Shown: positions 1-14,699 of the stretch, one piece after another
Position numbering within the stretch: the stretch's first letter is position 1
Layout of the letters: each line of letters begins with the position of its first letter
DNA from: Eledone cirrhosa
Lineage: Eukaryota
Assembly: GCA_964016885.1 (NCBI GenBank)
Contig: OZ024747.1
Location: forward strand, 89,838,001-89,902,000
Length of the DNA stretch: 64,000 bases
Direction: 5' to 3'
Program-made: the position numbers and the translations under genes
Notes under the pieces: generated by a model
What the model was told of the DNA's origin: nothing
The model's database searches: none
Seen by the model: the letters and a program-made list of their open reading frames with translations, nothing else

Positions 1-3000
1 AGGCCGATTTTAATTTTCATCTCTCAGGTGTCTATAAAATAAGTACCAGTCATGTACTGGAGTTATTTTGTCTCAATTCATCCCTGGACAAAAGTGTTCC
101 AGTTAATTATCATCCATTGCATTTTATTTTTTAGAACTACGTTTTCTATACAATTAAAGTTTAGCTTCAACATATCTCTATACATATATGTATGTGAATT
201 TCGTATATCTAAAGATATACGGTATGTTTAATAATTAAACATTTTGAAAGCCAAGCTATGAGTATTGAAAGGCTGATGGTCAGTGCCATCTAGCGGATTC
301 CAGCAGAAATAGCGAGGGATAACTGCCTATATGTATATCAAGCTGATGGCTCTCATCGGGACAATGCTTCCTTGCTGCCTTCTGCTGGAACTTGAAAACA
401 GGCAAGAATATATAATTTTGTATATCTAAGTATATCTAAAGATATACAATATGTATTGAAAGGTTGATGGCCAGCACCGTCTAGCAGATTTCATTATCTA
501 TATTTCCTTCCAGGTTTATGGTGAAGAGATGTGAGGGAGGTTAGGTTGTTATTTCCAGCAGTACAAGTGACCTCATAGAGGTTGATTTAATTAGCTAAAT
601 TCTTCTTTTCAAAATCTGGTTTTGTGCCTATCTTAGAAATCTGAATTACATCAGATAATATATCTGCTTTCTAATTTATATGCTGCATGTGTTAGGAAGG
701 TTCTGCTTTCCTGATTTTATCTAATCTAAACTTGTGATAATTTAATACTTCTTGATCAAGTTCGTGATTTTGAGGTGTTACCTGAATACTTATTGCTTTT
801 GTTCTAAAGTAGCTTCTTCTGAAATTCACTTTTATTTTTCAGTTGATCACTTGTGTATGATCTAACTTAAATTAATTACAGTTTCATTAATAGTAGAATT
901 TTATTTATCCTTCTGGAAATTTTTTGTCATTTCTTTTTCATTTAAACCTTTTGTTTGCATTTTTCTAATAAAAGTGTCCAGGATTTCCAAATAATTTTAA
1001 AAATAATGAAGAATTTTGCAGGATTTAGTAATATAACTAACTTTTTCATTGTATATTTGACTTTTGGAACATAGCTTAAGAAGTTCTCACATGATTTTGA
1101 TGGAAGGGTTGTAGATAAATATAATTGTTATAAAACAGTTTTGTATTGAAAAAGCAGGGTGGTTTGTATCTAAGAAATATTTAATGTGTATTTTTGATTG
1201 CTTTTGATTTTATGGGCAAATCCAACTGGCAGAAAACTCAGAGGTAGATTATGAGCAAGATGGCTGGATAACATCTATATTTAATTTGAATATCTCCAAC
1301 AATATTGTTTCTGATTTAGACACAAGGCCAACATTTTTGAGGAAGGGGAAAGTCGATTAAATTGACCCCAGTGCATTACTGGTACTTTATTTTATCGACC
1401 CCGTAAGGATGAAAGACAAAGTTAACCTTGGCAGGATTTGAACTTACAATGTAAAGAGACGTAACTATATGTCACAAAGCATGTCTGATGCTCTACCAAT
1501 ACTGACACTCTACCACCCTAATAATTATAATAATAGTCAAATAAGATGTCTACACTAGCATGAGTTAGACGGGTTGTCCCATTTGAGGCAAGTTGAGTCA
1601 GGTGACTATGTCTTGCATAGAACAGAACATACATAATTTATTTTCAAATTTACAGCTTCATTTATTACATTGTGATCTTGTTGATTTTTATAGATTCAAT
1701 TCTATCAATTCTTGAACAATGGATCTCCATCTCTTCTCACTATCATCATTTTCACCATTTAACATCCATTTTTCCATGCTTGCATGGGTCAGACCTTCAA
1801 ATAATTGGTCTAATTCTAATCCCTTTATTTTGGGTTTGGTGCGATATTAATGGATTTTTTAAAATATTCTAACAAGCTATGATGTATAGAACTTTTAAGC
1901 ATGCACTGTTATCAAACCATATTGTAGATGAAAAAAAAAAGAACAAACAAAAATGAAGAATAAATACATTAATAAATTTGCCTAGCTAAGGAAATGACAA
2001 TTATAATATAGAGATGATAATTTGTGAGACTAAATTAGGCCTTAGGTTAAATCAAAAAAGTTCAATTAAGGATATTAAAGAACAATTATGTTTGACAGCT
2101 AACCCCTATAAGATGAAACATTATGTAAAAGTAATTAGATATATTTATATAGATAAGCAACCAAAATCAATATATCAAAAACCATCATGTGTTTCACCAG
2201 TAAGATTGTTAATGATAAAGAAGCCAAAAATCGAATTGCTCTTAAAATACCTTTAGTTTCTTTTCTTTGTTGTGTTCATAACAACAACTAGGGTAATTTT
2301 TCTTTTCAATGAGTGATTAGTAAAGGTGAAAGGTTAAAGAAAAATAATTAGATTTATGTTTGAATGTAATTGCTCTGTACAAAATTATCTAATATTCAAG
2401 GTTAAAAGATAATTTTTTCCTTTTCTACTCTTTATTAGCTATGTTCACATTCTAACAATTAAGAAATATATTATTGATACCATTGCAATCTATATTGTTT
2501 TGCTTTTGAACATGTGAAAACAAGAGAAAGGATTATTAAAATTCTGTAACTATCTAGTCATGGGTAATTATTACATCACTACAGAAACAACCTATCTTCT
2601 AACTATGATTACCACACTCTTGTTCTCTTTCAACAATAAAAAGAAATTGATTTTAATTCATAAACTTCTCAGCCTATGGATTTACTGATGTATTCAATAG
2701 GATTAGTATGTGAAAGGCATTAATTCTAATTAGCTGTGCATGGCCTAGTTAAGATCTGAAAAATAATTTAAATAGAATCATATTTGTTCATGAGATGAGT
2801 AATTGATTCAGATTCCTTATTTTATGGCTCTATTATTTTTTAAACAGTTGCATCCCACCTAGTCACTTCACTATTGATCTTGGAATCATTTTGCCAATTT
2901 CAAATACAATCTTATTTTCGAGCAGTCATTTTACATCTGCTGTTTTTTCTCTCTTCCTTCTTTACTACTCTTTCAATTGTTGAAAAGTATACAATGAAAT

Positions 3001-3389
3001 TATTGTTTTGACAGAATTCATGTTTCTCTTTCCTAAATATTAAATAATAATGCTGATAATGATGTTAATAATAATAATAACAACAATAACAATAAAATTA
3101 ATAACAATAATAACAACAATAATAATAATAATAATAATAACAACAATAATAGAAATAATAATAATAAAAATAATAATAATAGAAGCAACAACAACAACAG
3201 CAGCAGCAGCAGCAAGAAATAAAGATTGAAATTATTAATTTTTAGCAGAAATATTTTCTTGGAAGGAAGAATGTATGAAATAAGATTAAACAATATAATT
3301 AAAATGTTTTGATTATGCTGTTGTATGTATAAATTATATATTCACATAAGAATATATGTGTCTATCTCCACCCTCTCTCTCACTTACTA

Positions 3390-3715
3390 TGTATAAATAT
3401 GTATATATATATATATGTGTATGCGTGTGCGTATATGCATATATATAGATTATGTGTATATATATATATATACATATATATACATTATATATATATATAT
3501 GTATATGTATATATATATACATTATATATATATATATGTATATGTATATATATATACATTATGTATATATATATATGCATATATATACATATATGTATTT
3601 ATATATATATATACACACACACACACATATATATATACATGTATATACATATATATATACACACATATATATACATATACATATATATATATATTACTAT
3701 ATATATATACAATAT
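3390..3715. repeat. (TA)n/(TATG) compound microsatellite (one of more than 25 such tracts, e.g. 11815-12255, 13490-13571, 20210-20560, 44740-45420, 62650-62900)
   Basis: Direct inspection. Confidence 0.95.
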
Positions 3716-4010
3716 ATGAAAAGGTAACACACTAGAGTGAGGTACAGTGCGCTATCAATTAAACAGGGAAAAGCCACCAGTGTATGGAATCTATAACCTA
3801 TGAAAGGCAGACTATAGACACGATAATTAGAAATATAAATTAAAGCGTAAATAAATACCTCTATAACTATATTGATAGTGCACTGTATCTCTCTTTAGTG
3901 TGTTACCTTTTCAACATATTGTATTTTAAAGAGCTCAGGATTTCCTCTCCTTTGAGCACATTATTTACAGGGAATGGCAAGAGTCTATGGCTCCGTTAAT
4001 TTATCGTGAT
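3710..4010. mobile_element. Rearranged/inverted fragment of the element family also at 50864-51627
   Basis: Inverted arms ~3710-3760 / 3871-3921; blocks nearly identical to 50864-51180 and 51460-51625; embedded in TA microsatellite. Confidence 0.75.
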
Positions 4011-4016
4011 ACATAC

Positions 4017-4097
<81 letters not shown>

Positions 4098-4584
4098 AGC
4101 CAAAACAGGACACAGAAAAGATGGGGAGACATGGAGAATTCTAGCTCATCAGCTATCTAGTGGGCATCTTTGTACTTTCAGGTGTTTTGAAGGACACTCT
4201 GTAGACAGCTAATGAGTTAGAATTTTCTATAGGTTCATCTTTTCCAAGTATTTTGTGTCCAATATTTATCCCACAGCCTGTTTTTGAAACCTAAACTGTT
4301 ATTTATACACATAACCTTCTATAAAACCTATTGGGTAATTTGAAATTCTTTAGCATATTTAGGAATCCCCAATGAAGAAAATAATTGTCAATTTCTATAC
4401 CTAGGAAAATCAAGTAAAATAACTCTATAGACAGAAAAAAGTGGCCAGCATTTTTATTATATTTGTCTATTTGTGTGTGTATGTGTGTGTTTCTATATAC
4501 ACACATGTGTATCCATGTATGTATGTATTCATACATACGTGCATGTATCTATGTATGTATGTGTATGATGTATGTACTCATGTA

Positions 4585-4830
4585 TGGTAGTGCAAGATGT
4601 AATGAATGTGGCAAAGAATGTCAATCGGCAGCAGGGTGGAAGTGGGACATGAAGGCTCCCAGGCAACCTGATGCAAGACCTGATGTCAAAGGAATCCAAG
4701 GTTGTCATCAATGTGCCAAGGAGTGCAAGTCTCTAGCAGGCTCGAAAAGCCATATCCGAGCGTTGCACATGTGAGTTTGACAAGCAATTGCAATACTCTT
4801 AGAGTGAGTTTGCAGCCATCATGTATGTAT
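4585..4830 (+). mobile_element. LINE 3' end with decayed C2H2-like zinc fingers (RTE-like)
   Basis: CNECGKEC.S..G and CHQCAKECKSLAGSKSHIRALH* followed by a short UTR and a (TATG)n tail. Confidence 0.55.
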
Positions 4831-4849
4831 ATGTGTCTATATATATATA

Positions 4850-5170
4850 TTGTTATACTTGGGGAGGGTCATATTTGTGTAATAATATTGCCAGAATTAA
4901 TAACAGAACACACTCACTGTTTGGTTGGTTTTCGCTTCTGTGTCTTTTATATCGGTTAATTTAATTTTTGACCGTTGGTCAGTCAATGGTAACATTGAGG
5001 ACCGAATAAATTAACTGATATAAAAGATACACATGCGAAAACCAACCAAACAGTGAGTGTGTTCTGTTATTAATTCTGGCAATATTATTACACAAATATG
5101 ACCCTCCCCAAGTATAACAATATTTGTTTCGACACAGGATTTCATATCAAAAACCTCGCAAAACTAATAT
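4850..5170 (+). mobile_element. Fold-back element with tail entering an ORF start (MTLPKYNNICFDTGFHIKNLAKLI); probable Penelope-like remnant
   Basis: Inverted arms ~4850-4955 / ~5005-5120, flanked by (TA)n on both sides; related to 50621-50830. Confidence 0.65.
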
Positions 5171-5197
5171 ATATATATAGATATATATATATATATA

Positions 5198-5315
5198 TAG
5201 GAAAATGTTCAAGACCCCGACAGCAGAGCTCAAGCCGTTTCAGCAGCTATTTCTGTCCTGAAATAGCCGACAAAATGGCTTGAGCTCTGCCGTTGGGGTC
5301 TTGATCATTTTCCTA
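5198..5315. repeat. Short imperfect palindrome adjoining (TA)n
   Basis: taggaaaatgttcaagaccccgacagcagagctcaagcc ... ggcttgagctctgccgttggggtcttgatcattttccta. Confidence 0.8.
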
Positions 5316-5354
5316 TTACCCACTCCACCTGGTTACTTACCACACTTCCTTTAT

Positions 5355-5389
<35 letters not shown>

Positions 5390-8300
5390 GTATGTATGAA
5401 CAATTTTATATCTGTTAATATTTTTCAAACCCATTATAATTCAAAATGAATTTCTCTTTGTTAAAATCTTTATCTAAATCTCTAATTTCTCTATTTTCTC
5501 TATTTTTTTTATCTACAATAGAAACATTTTTTCTATTCTCTCTTATTTTGTTTTCAATTTTTTCTGCTAATATTTTTTTTTTCCTCCAAGAGAAATTACT
5601 TTCATTGTAAATATTGTTAATAGATATAATATTTGTCTAAATACACGTAATAAAAATTATAATTCTGTTGCACCATCTTGGATTTAGAAAGATTGAGATT
5701 ATAGGAATATTAGAGAAACTGCGATGAAATATAATTCATAAAGAAACTATTAAATATTTATAGGGAATATACTCTTCTTCTTCTTCTTCTTCTTCTTCTT
5801 CTTCTTCTTCTTCTTCCAACTTATACATTCATTCCTGAGACATTCTAACCACATGCCCATGGTATCATAGCTGTTATCACTCAATTCGGAGAAGTGGTGG
5901 CTCTACCTGGAACAACTCTCTGAACCCCAAGCTTTGCACTCTAAGAATGTATTCAGAGAAATAAAACATAAAGCAGAAATAAGAAGTCAGAAGACATGCA
6001 TACTCAGTTACAAAACTCAACAAAGGATGCTAGTGTTTCCTTCTAATATTTTTTTTAAAGCAAGCCAACACACTCATGGCATTGCTGCATGTGAAAGCAA
6101 GGCTAATCACTGGAATAAACAAACCTCCTCATGATACATCACCTGATACATCAGTAAGGTGAGCCACCAACAATAACAAACACTTCAGTGTCAGTGGATC
6201 ATTTCCTGAAACTTCTAATTGTTTAATTTATTAAGAAGTATCATCATCATCATCATGAATTGTATAGGATTTTCATGGTAATACTTAAGTCAGGTGTCCT
6301 TCCTAACATCAACCCTTTTAGTTGTTTCATATATCACACATTGATACAGTGCACCTATTCTATAATAGATACATATTTCTGTTAATATAAAATTGTATTT
6401 GTATATGCATGTGTGTGTTTGTGTGGTTGTAAGGTTTAAATACATGTTCATTGTAAATTCATGTGTGTACGTAAGGTGTATGTGTAAGGCTTAAGTACAT
6501 CCTTATATATTCTTGTGTGTGTATGTAATGTGTGTGTGTGAGACTTAAGTATATGTTCATTGTATATTCATGTGTGTATGTATGTAATGTGTGTGTAAGG
6601 CTTAAGCACGTGCTTATTGACTCAGAGATTTTTTTAATTGAAACACTGTGACAATAAGTGTACTGTTCAATGAACACTCCTTGACTCAAATTTCCAAGCT
6701 TCACATTAAGTAGCAGCTCTAATCTCTTCACAACTGAACACTCGCTACTTGGATATGCAATGTGTTACTAAATATTTCCCACAATTCACAAAATAGATCT
6801 ACTTTTTAAGTGACAGCCTACAGACATAAAAAATGAATAAATATTTCTTATATAAAGAATATATCATTCATATATATTTTATTTCCATCTGGATATCTTA
6901 CAAATTTGAAGAGACTCTCTTGATAACTTGTTAAGCCTCATAATAGCTTTGGCTTTATTATATAGAGGTTAACTCTGCCTTTCATCCTTATGGGGTTGAT
7001 AAAATAAAGTATCAGTAATACACTGGGGTAATTGCTAGCCTTGTGCCAAAAGTAGAAACAACTATGTAGAAGCTACATAATATGACAGCTGCAGCTTGAT
7101 AACATGTCTTCTCCATTAGGTGGCTTCTGTGGTCAAGTTGCATAAGCTGAGTTTGGGAGGTCGTGTGGTCCACATTTGATTTGCCAAGTACAGTGTAAGT
7201 ACAGTTTGGTTTGGCAGGAGTTATGTGTACATATCCTTCGGGAAAACGCCTTCACTATTCTGTCCACCGGGGCCGTGAGGTGGCCAGCGAGTGGGCCCCC
7301 ATTTGTTCATAATAGTGAGAGAGACAGAGGCAGTGACAGTGGGAATTTGGTTCCTGGTATATATGTATATGTTTCACAGACACACACTCAATACCAAACT
7401 GTCTTATTTATGTATATTATTATTGCTTATTTCGGACGCCATGCTTTCACGCATAGAGTTATGGCTCTTGCTATTCTGAATTCAAATCCCGCCGAGGTTA
7501 ACTTTGCCTTCCATTCTTACGGGGTCAATAAAATAAAGTACCAGTAATGCACTGGTTAATTTCTGGCCTTGTGCCCAAAGTAGAAACAATTATTATTGCT
7601 TATTTCAAACTTTGTGGTGGCATAAAAGAGGTTAATTTTACATTGTATAACTTCCAGAACTTTCAGCTTTCAGTAAAAGTTATTATAGTTTGTGGTGGGA
7701 AAATATATAATAGCTTTTTTGATATTTTAATTACTTTCATTCTTCAGCAATTAGTTATTTCCTGGGGTTGGAAACTCAGCCATGTAATAGGTTATGATGA
7801 CAAACCATAGTCTTTATGATTCTCAATGATAGATATTTAACTGATGATAAACAGAGAGGAGGGAAAATTTAAAAAAATATATTCTGTTGTTGTTGTTGTT
7901 GTTTTTTTGTTTTTGTTTTTTTATGGGGTGGGTTATAGCATAAATGATATAAAGTATTTCAAATTGTGAAACAATATGACAAAATGAATCTGTTTTAGAC
8001 TGATTGGAAGTAGAATATTAGGTTATTTGATGTAGTGTAGCTTGTAACAGAAAAAGTAACCATGGTTTTGGGGAAGTCTCAAATAAATTAAGGCAGGCAT
8101 CAAAACAATTAACATATTTAAGCAAAAGAGATCTCTATATTGACATGGATATATAAAGGCAGTGGTTAATGCATACTCTAAGGTTAGTCTTAAGCCAGAA
8201 GGCTCGTTAGACCAGTGCTTATCCTGGTTTTGTGGTGTGATGTGAATGAGAGTACAAAACTTCCCCTGAACAGGATGCCAATCCATTGCAGTTAAACCCC

Positions 8301-10969
8301 CCACCTATTACTGGTACTCATTTTCAGCTAAGTATACTGAAGCAACGTGAAATGAAGTGTTTTGCTCAAGAACACAACATGCAACCCAGCACAGGAATCG
8401 AACCCACGACATTATGATCACAAGCCCAACTCCCTTACCACTAGGCTACATGCCTCCACAGGTATACTAGGTAACAATAACTGTATGTTAGTGGAATGTA
8501 CTTAAAATAGAGACAATGGCCAATAAACAATTTAGAAATGTAGGGCATGAAGGGAGACCAAAGAACTTTCAATTCTTTCATTGAGAAGTTACCAGATTGA
8601 GATCAATAAAGAGATGCATTTCAACCAGATATATGTCATACAAACATGGGATATCATATCATCATCATCACTGTTTTACATCCATTATTCCACGCTAGCA
8701 TGGGTTAGACGTGTTGTCCTGTTGTGGGCAATGCCAAGTCAATTGACCATGTCTTGCTCATACAGAACTGATTTTGGCTTGATTTCTACAGCTGGATGCC
8801 CTTCCTAACACCGACCTCATTTACAGTGAGTGCTGGGTGCTTTTTTACCGTGGCGCCTACAGACCACTTTACAGTGTGGACTGTGTGATTTTTGTCATGA
8901 CACCTACATGACCACTTTACAGTGGGAGGGGTGGGGGGATACTGTCTATATGCTTCAGCTTTGGCTTGTACCAGTGGGAAGTCTGATCTTCTGTATTACA
9001 GCGTAACTCCTGAAGTCTCAGTCCTGTGTCATCGCCTTTGAGAGGTGCAATTGGGCAAGGTCAGCTTTTATCACCTCATCCCATTAACTATTAATGTCCT
9101 GTACCACACAAAACCACATTAGCAAAACATTCTTGAAAAGTATAAAACTATGACTTTATCACATTAAAATTTAAAGTTTTTATTCTAATGACGCACATTT
9201 TCACAACCACCTCTCCACTAATAAAAGATGCTCTAAACATCTGAATTAAAAAAACTGTTTTGAAATATTTCCTGCTAATTCATTGCAGGATGTTAAGAGT
9301 TAAAGTAGCCTGTCCTTTATATTTTTCCATTTATTAGTCATATACCAAACAAAATAACTTCCAGTATTTAGATCTCTTTTATGTTTTGATTTCAAATCCC
9401 ACTGAGGTTGGCTTTTATTTTTATTCTCTAGTGTTAATAGAATAAGTACTAACAATATAGCAAGGTTGAATTAATTAGTTATCCCCACCTACCCTATAAA
9501 TTTGTAGTTTTATATTAGTATTATAAATTTATGTAAATAATAACTTCTGTTAAATTTGTGTCCCAGACACTAGCTTAATTATTTCTTATGTTGGCACAAA
9601 ATCTCTCATTTGGAGGAGTATACTTGATTGGACTGACCCCTGTACTTGACTATTACTTTATTTTATCGACCTTGGGTGGATGAAATGCAAAGGTGGCCTA
9701 AACAAGATTTGAACGCAGCATTTCGAAGGTTATAACAAAATACTGTTAAATCATTTTATCTGATTCTAATGATTCTCCTAATCCATCATCCTCGCCAGCT
9801 TAATAATGATATTTATTTATTTATTTTAACAAATGTATTCAAATTCTTCATTAATTTCAAACTTAATTTAAAGACATAAGCATTGTATTCTATTAGAAAT
9901 ATGATTTCAAAAGGATTAAAATTTAGCAAGGGAATTCTTAGCGCTATTATAATAAATTCTGTGTGAATATGAAGATAGCTAATTTGCACATAATAGTGTA
10001 TAACTGTGGTTTCTCTAAGGCATTCGTGTCTTTTTACAAAAACCATATAAAAACCTCATTAGTGATTATTTTAAAAATAATTGAAGTAAAATGAATAAGT
10101 TTGGGATTAAGATATATTTGCAAAATACTTGTTGAAATATGTATTCAATTATATACTGGATCATGTAATATATAAACATTTTCATATTCTTTTATTTTCT
10201 TCTATGGGAAAACTGAAATTACTATAGACTTATAATTTTAAAGGCACATAGCCTAGTGGTTAGTGTGTTGAACTTTTGATCATAAGATTTTGAATTCGAT
10301 TTCAGGAGCAGACAGTGGATTTCATTCTTGAGCAAAATATTTTATTTCATACTCCTTCTGCCAGGAGTTGCAAATGGCAGGTAGTTTCAGCAATGGAATG
10401 ACCTATGGAAACATTGTTTCCTTGGTCCAATCTGCTAATCAGTTCCTTTTCTTTTTTATGCTTTCAATAACATTTCACAATTCTCAAGAATTGATTCATA
10501 CAACTGCTTACTAGAAAAAATAATTTACTATATAATTACATTTTTTTTTCATCTCGATGATTGACCATCTGTGATTGACATTGTCTCTTGTTTATGATAT
10601 TTATTACCCTTAAACCATTTCTATGGGTATAATTATGCTACATGTGTACCCTGATCCTTCTGCTTATCTATTCATTTTTACTAACGTTCATCAAGGATAA
10701 TTTCTCTATTATTTTAAAAGTTGAAGATATTGCACCTTATTTTACAGCTTTGTTTCACCTGTGAAACTATCTTATACCATATTTATCTTACCTTATCTAT
10801 GGCCGCCTGTCTAAGAAGGTAGTAACTTTGAATAAACACTGATATAGTGTAGAGGAAACTTTATAGTCCAACTTTATTGAACGACTAGGGCCAGTGACAA
10901 ATTAAGTCAAACCCAGGCATGTGCACCACCAAATTTGCCTAATTCTCTTTTTCTGTTGCTGTTTGTCCT

Positions 10970-11195
10970 GTGAGGGCAGTGGTTAGAATGTCTTAGGAAA
11001 GAATTGGTGGGCAGATTTTACAGGCAAAAACAACTGGCAGAAGGCCCAGGAGTAGACACTGAGCAAGATGGCTGATCTCGCTTGGGGATCCAGTCGGATC
11101 AGTTAGAGACAGTTGCTTCTGACAGGATTCACTGAAAGGAGTGTTTGAGGACTCTGCTCTCACGACCCTCTCAGAAATAAGTGGGCAAAGAATAA
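10970..11195 (+). mobile_element. RTE-clade LINE 3' fragment
   Basis: Reverse-complement homologue of 33530-33755. Confidence 0.75.
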
Positions 11196-11459
11196 AAAGC
11201 TGTGAGTGCATGACTGTAATAGCCTGTCCAACTGATGCCACCATAGAAGAAATAATGTAAAAAGATGATGATGATGATAACTATGTCATTGCTAGTGACA
11301 CTGATGACAACATTATTTGACAACAATATTTCTTCATATTTTATGTACATTTTAAATGATATCATGTTTAGTTTTTAAAATGAATGTTGACATTTATTAT
11401 ATATATAACTGTGAGATATTCAATTTTAGTTTGAATTATTCATATGATCTATTTATGAA

Positions 11460-12765
11460 AATATATATTTTTCTAATCAGTTTCTACAATTATTTCTCTA
11501 TAACTATTTAGAAAATTTGAATGTAATATAAAACTGGAAAGATATTAGGCATATTTTAGCTTGAAATTCTAACCTTTAGAAGGATAAACAAAAGCTTATA
11601 AAATGAATAATATTTACATTGTTTATCTACGTAAAATATATCAGGCAGCTGCATATATACTATATTGATGTTTCATTTAAAAATCTTGTAAAGCAAATGA
11701 TGGCACGGGGAAAATGTAGTGCGACAAACCATAATCTAGTCATATTAATGATGTATGGTTTATGGAGAATTTGGCATATATAAATAATTTAAAGTTAACA
11801 ATACTGATAATTCAACTATATATATAAATATACACACACAGACATATATATATATGTACATATATATATATATTTACATATATATACATATATGTACATA
11901 TATATACATATATGTACATATATATACACATATATGTACATATATGTATATATATGTATACATATATGTACATATATATATGTACATATATATATATATG
12001 TACATATATATATATATATATGTACATATATATATATATATGTATATACATACTTATATATATATGTACATATTTATATATATATATATATGTACACATA
12101 TATATATATGTGTACATATTTATATATATATATATATATGTACATATATATATACGTATATATACATATATATACATATATGTGTACATATATATATAAA
12201 TATGTGTGTGTACATATATATATGTGTGTGTGTGTACATATGTATATACATATAACCCATGCTAGCATGGAAGAACGGACGTAAAACGGTGATGATGATG
12301 ATATATATCTTGTTCAGTTGAATTAATATTTGATAACTAATTCTTAATGATTCATGTAAATGGATTTGCTAAGGTGTACTGAAGACACATCAGATTATTT
12401 TCGTTACTTGAGGCATCATTACATCAGCTGTTCCTGCTATTTAAATGACATGCCAAATTCTCCATAAACCATACATCATTAAAATAACTAGATTAAAGTT
12501 TGTCACAGTAAATTTTACCTGTCATTGCTTGCTTTACAGTCTTTTTAAATGAAATATCTACATAGTTGATATGCAGCTGCCTAATATATTTTACTTAGTT
12601 AAACAATGTAAACATGATTTCTTTTATTAGCTTTTGTTTATCCTCATAAAGGTTAGAATTTCAAACTGAAATATACCTAATATCTTTCCAGTTTTATATT
12701 ACAATCAAATTTTCTAAATAGCTATATAAAAATAATTGTAGAAGCCAATTAGAAAAATATGTACA
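11460..12765. repeat. Long diverged inverted repeat (11460-11780 / 12449-12765) around a TA microsatellite
   Basis: For example, aatgatgtatggtttatggagaatttggcat and atgccaaattctccataaaccatacatcatt; colinear over ~320 bp. Confidence 0.85.
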
Positions 12766-13489
12766 TGCTTAAAATAATATAACTTTACAATTTTCCAGTA
12801 AAATAGATATTTTAGATATATTTTCACTCTATAAATTAAAAGAAGATGAAGGTATTCCAAATTCTAAAAATTCTTGTCCCTTTTCTCCCCAAAATTATTA
12901 TTTAATTATTTATTTATCTATCTCATATTGCATATATAGATAATAATTGTTTCTACTTTAGGCACAAGGCCAGCAATTACCCAGTGCATTACTGGTACTT
13001 TATTTTTATCGACCCTGTAAGGATGAAAGGCAAAGTCAACCTCGGCGGGATTTGAACTCAGATCATAAAGGGACGTAACATATATAGATAATAATTATTT
13101 CTACTTTAGGCACAAGGCCAGCAATTATCCAGTGCATTACTGGTACTTTATTTTATCGACCCCGTAAGGATGAAAGGCAAAGTCAACCTCGGCGGGATTT
13201 GAACTCGTAATGATGTTGAATATATATTTCTAACAAACCAATCACTGTTTCACTGCATTTACAATGGGGTGAGTGACAAGGGAGCATCTGTGCAACTGTG
13301 GCAAAACAAATATAACAAGGTGTTGTTGTTTCACCATAGCTGGCTGAACACACTTGTGTTTTCTCTAGAATTTTGCTAACTCTCCTACAGATTCAACTAT
13401 AAGTACTAAATTATTAGCCTACAGTAGTTCCCATGGAGTGCCAGTCTTAAATGCCTCAATTATGAACTGAGGGACACTGATAAACCAAT

Positions 13490-13572
<83 letters not shown>

Positions 13573-14312
13573 TAATTTAAAGTATCATAACATATACAAT
13601 ATGTATGATGAATATATTTCTCAGTAGAAAAGCTCAATGGACATTTCTCCAAAGCATCAATAATTAAAATTAAAATACACATGTATATCTATAGAGAGAA
13701 AAAGCCATATATTGTTAGAGAAACACATAGTATTTTGTACATAAATTTAAAGCATATACTATTTAAGAAAAAATACAAAGTGAAAAATGTTTACCTTAAA
13801 GTATGTATTTACAGATATTTCACCTTTGCATGAGAATATAGCTCTATTTCTGAGGGAGACTATGCTTTTATTAGGGTTTATTCTTCCTAAATCTATTATT
13901 TTTATAGCAGTTATTTAATAATTTAACTTTTAGTGACTAAAAAACAAAAAAGGTTTACATTTTATAACACAAATTCTGCCTAACTTATTAACATATCTTG
14001 GAGGAGGTGTCTTTAGGATATTTTCTCTCCAATTAGTCAGAGGAAAGGGCAGTGTTGACAACTCTTTACTTTTTACAGGACCTCCAAGATTGGTGGGAGG
14101 AAGTCTTTCTCAAACCAGATTTCTGGTCTCAATACTTGCAACAGAGTGAACTCTGCTAAAGTCACCCAAGGACTGATTAGTGGTGTTAAATCAGGTGATA
14201 AGATTAAGTCTGCTGACCAAGAAATAGGAATGTAAGGCTTTGAAACAAATATGGCAAGGCATTCTGTATAAAACTCTTGCAGTTCTGTTAATCCAACAGT
14301 ATGGATTATTAC

Positions 14313-14699
14313 TTAACACTTTAGTATTTAAACTGGCCATATCCGGCCAGAATTCTCTCACCTTTTTCTGTTCAAATCAGCCATAACTAGCTACTCATAC
14401 TGATGTTAAGGTATTATTCTCAAAATAAATAATAGCAAAATCTCATAGATTCGATACTATGTGAAGTAAAGCCTTTAATGCAAAAATATGGTTTCTTATA
14501 TAGGCACAAGGCCAGCAATTTTGGAGGGGAGGGGAAAGTCGATTAAAACGTACTTTATTTTATCGACCTCGTAAGGGATTTGAACTCAGATCATAAAGGG
14601 CGTAACTCTCTGCTGCAAAGCATGGTGTCCAACCCTCTATTGATTCTTCCAAAAACTATAATAGTAAATATAGAGTAATGTAAATACTAAAAGGGTTAA
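14313..14699 (-). mobile_element. piggyBac-type MITE family 1 interrupted by a SINE
   Basis: TTAA termini; SINE fragment at ~14490-14650. Confidence 0.75.

Noticed and set aside
3334-3735. Y/I/C/V/H/T-rich ORFs here and at ~11.8-12.3, 19.4-21.1, 44.7-45.5, 53.7-54.0 and 62.6-63.0 kb
   Set aside because: Translations of (TA)n/(CA)n/(TATG)n microsatellites.
4133-4227. Inverted repeat containing CTGATGA
   Set aside because: No suitably placed GAAA, stem III or NUH, so it is not called a hammerhead.
4463-4774. Host C2H2 zinc-finger gene
   Set aside because: The first finger lacks its His ligands, the ORF start is microsatellite and a simple-repeat tail follows; better explained as a LINE 3' end.
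14079-14231. Possible phase 2-2 exon (ttttacag...AT|gtaagg; TSKIGGRKSFSNQISG...KSADQEIG) frame-compatible with the 38408 exon
   Set aside because: The peptide lacks the PH beta5-beta7 pattern required before the Trp helix; it may be chance and needs RNA-seq.
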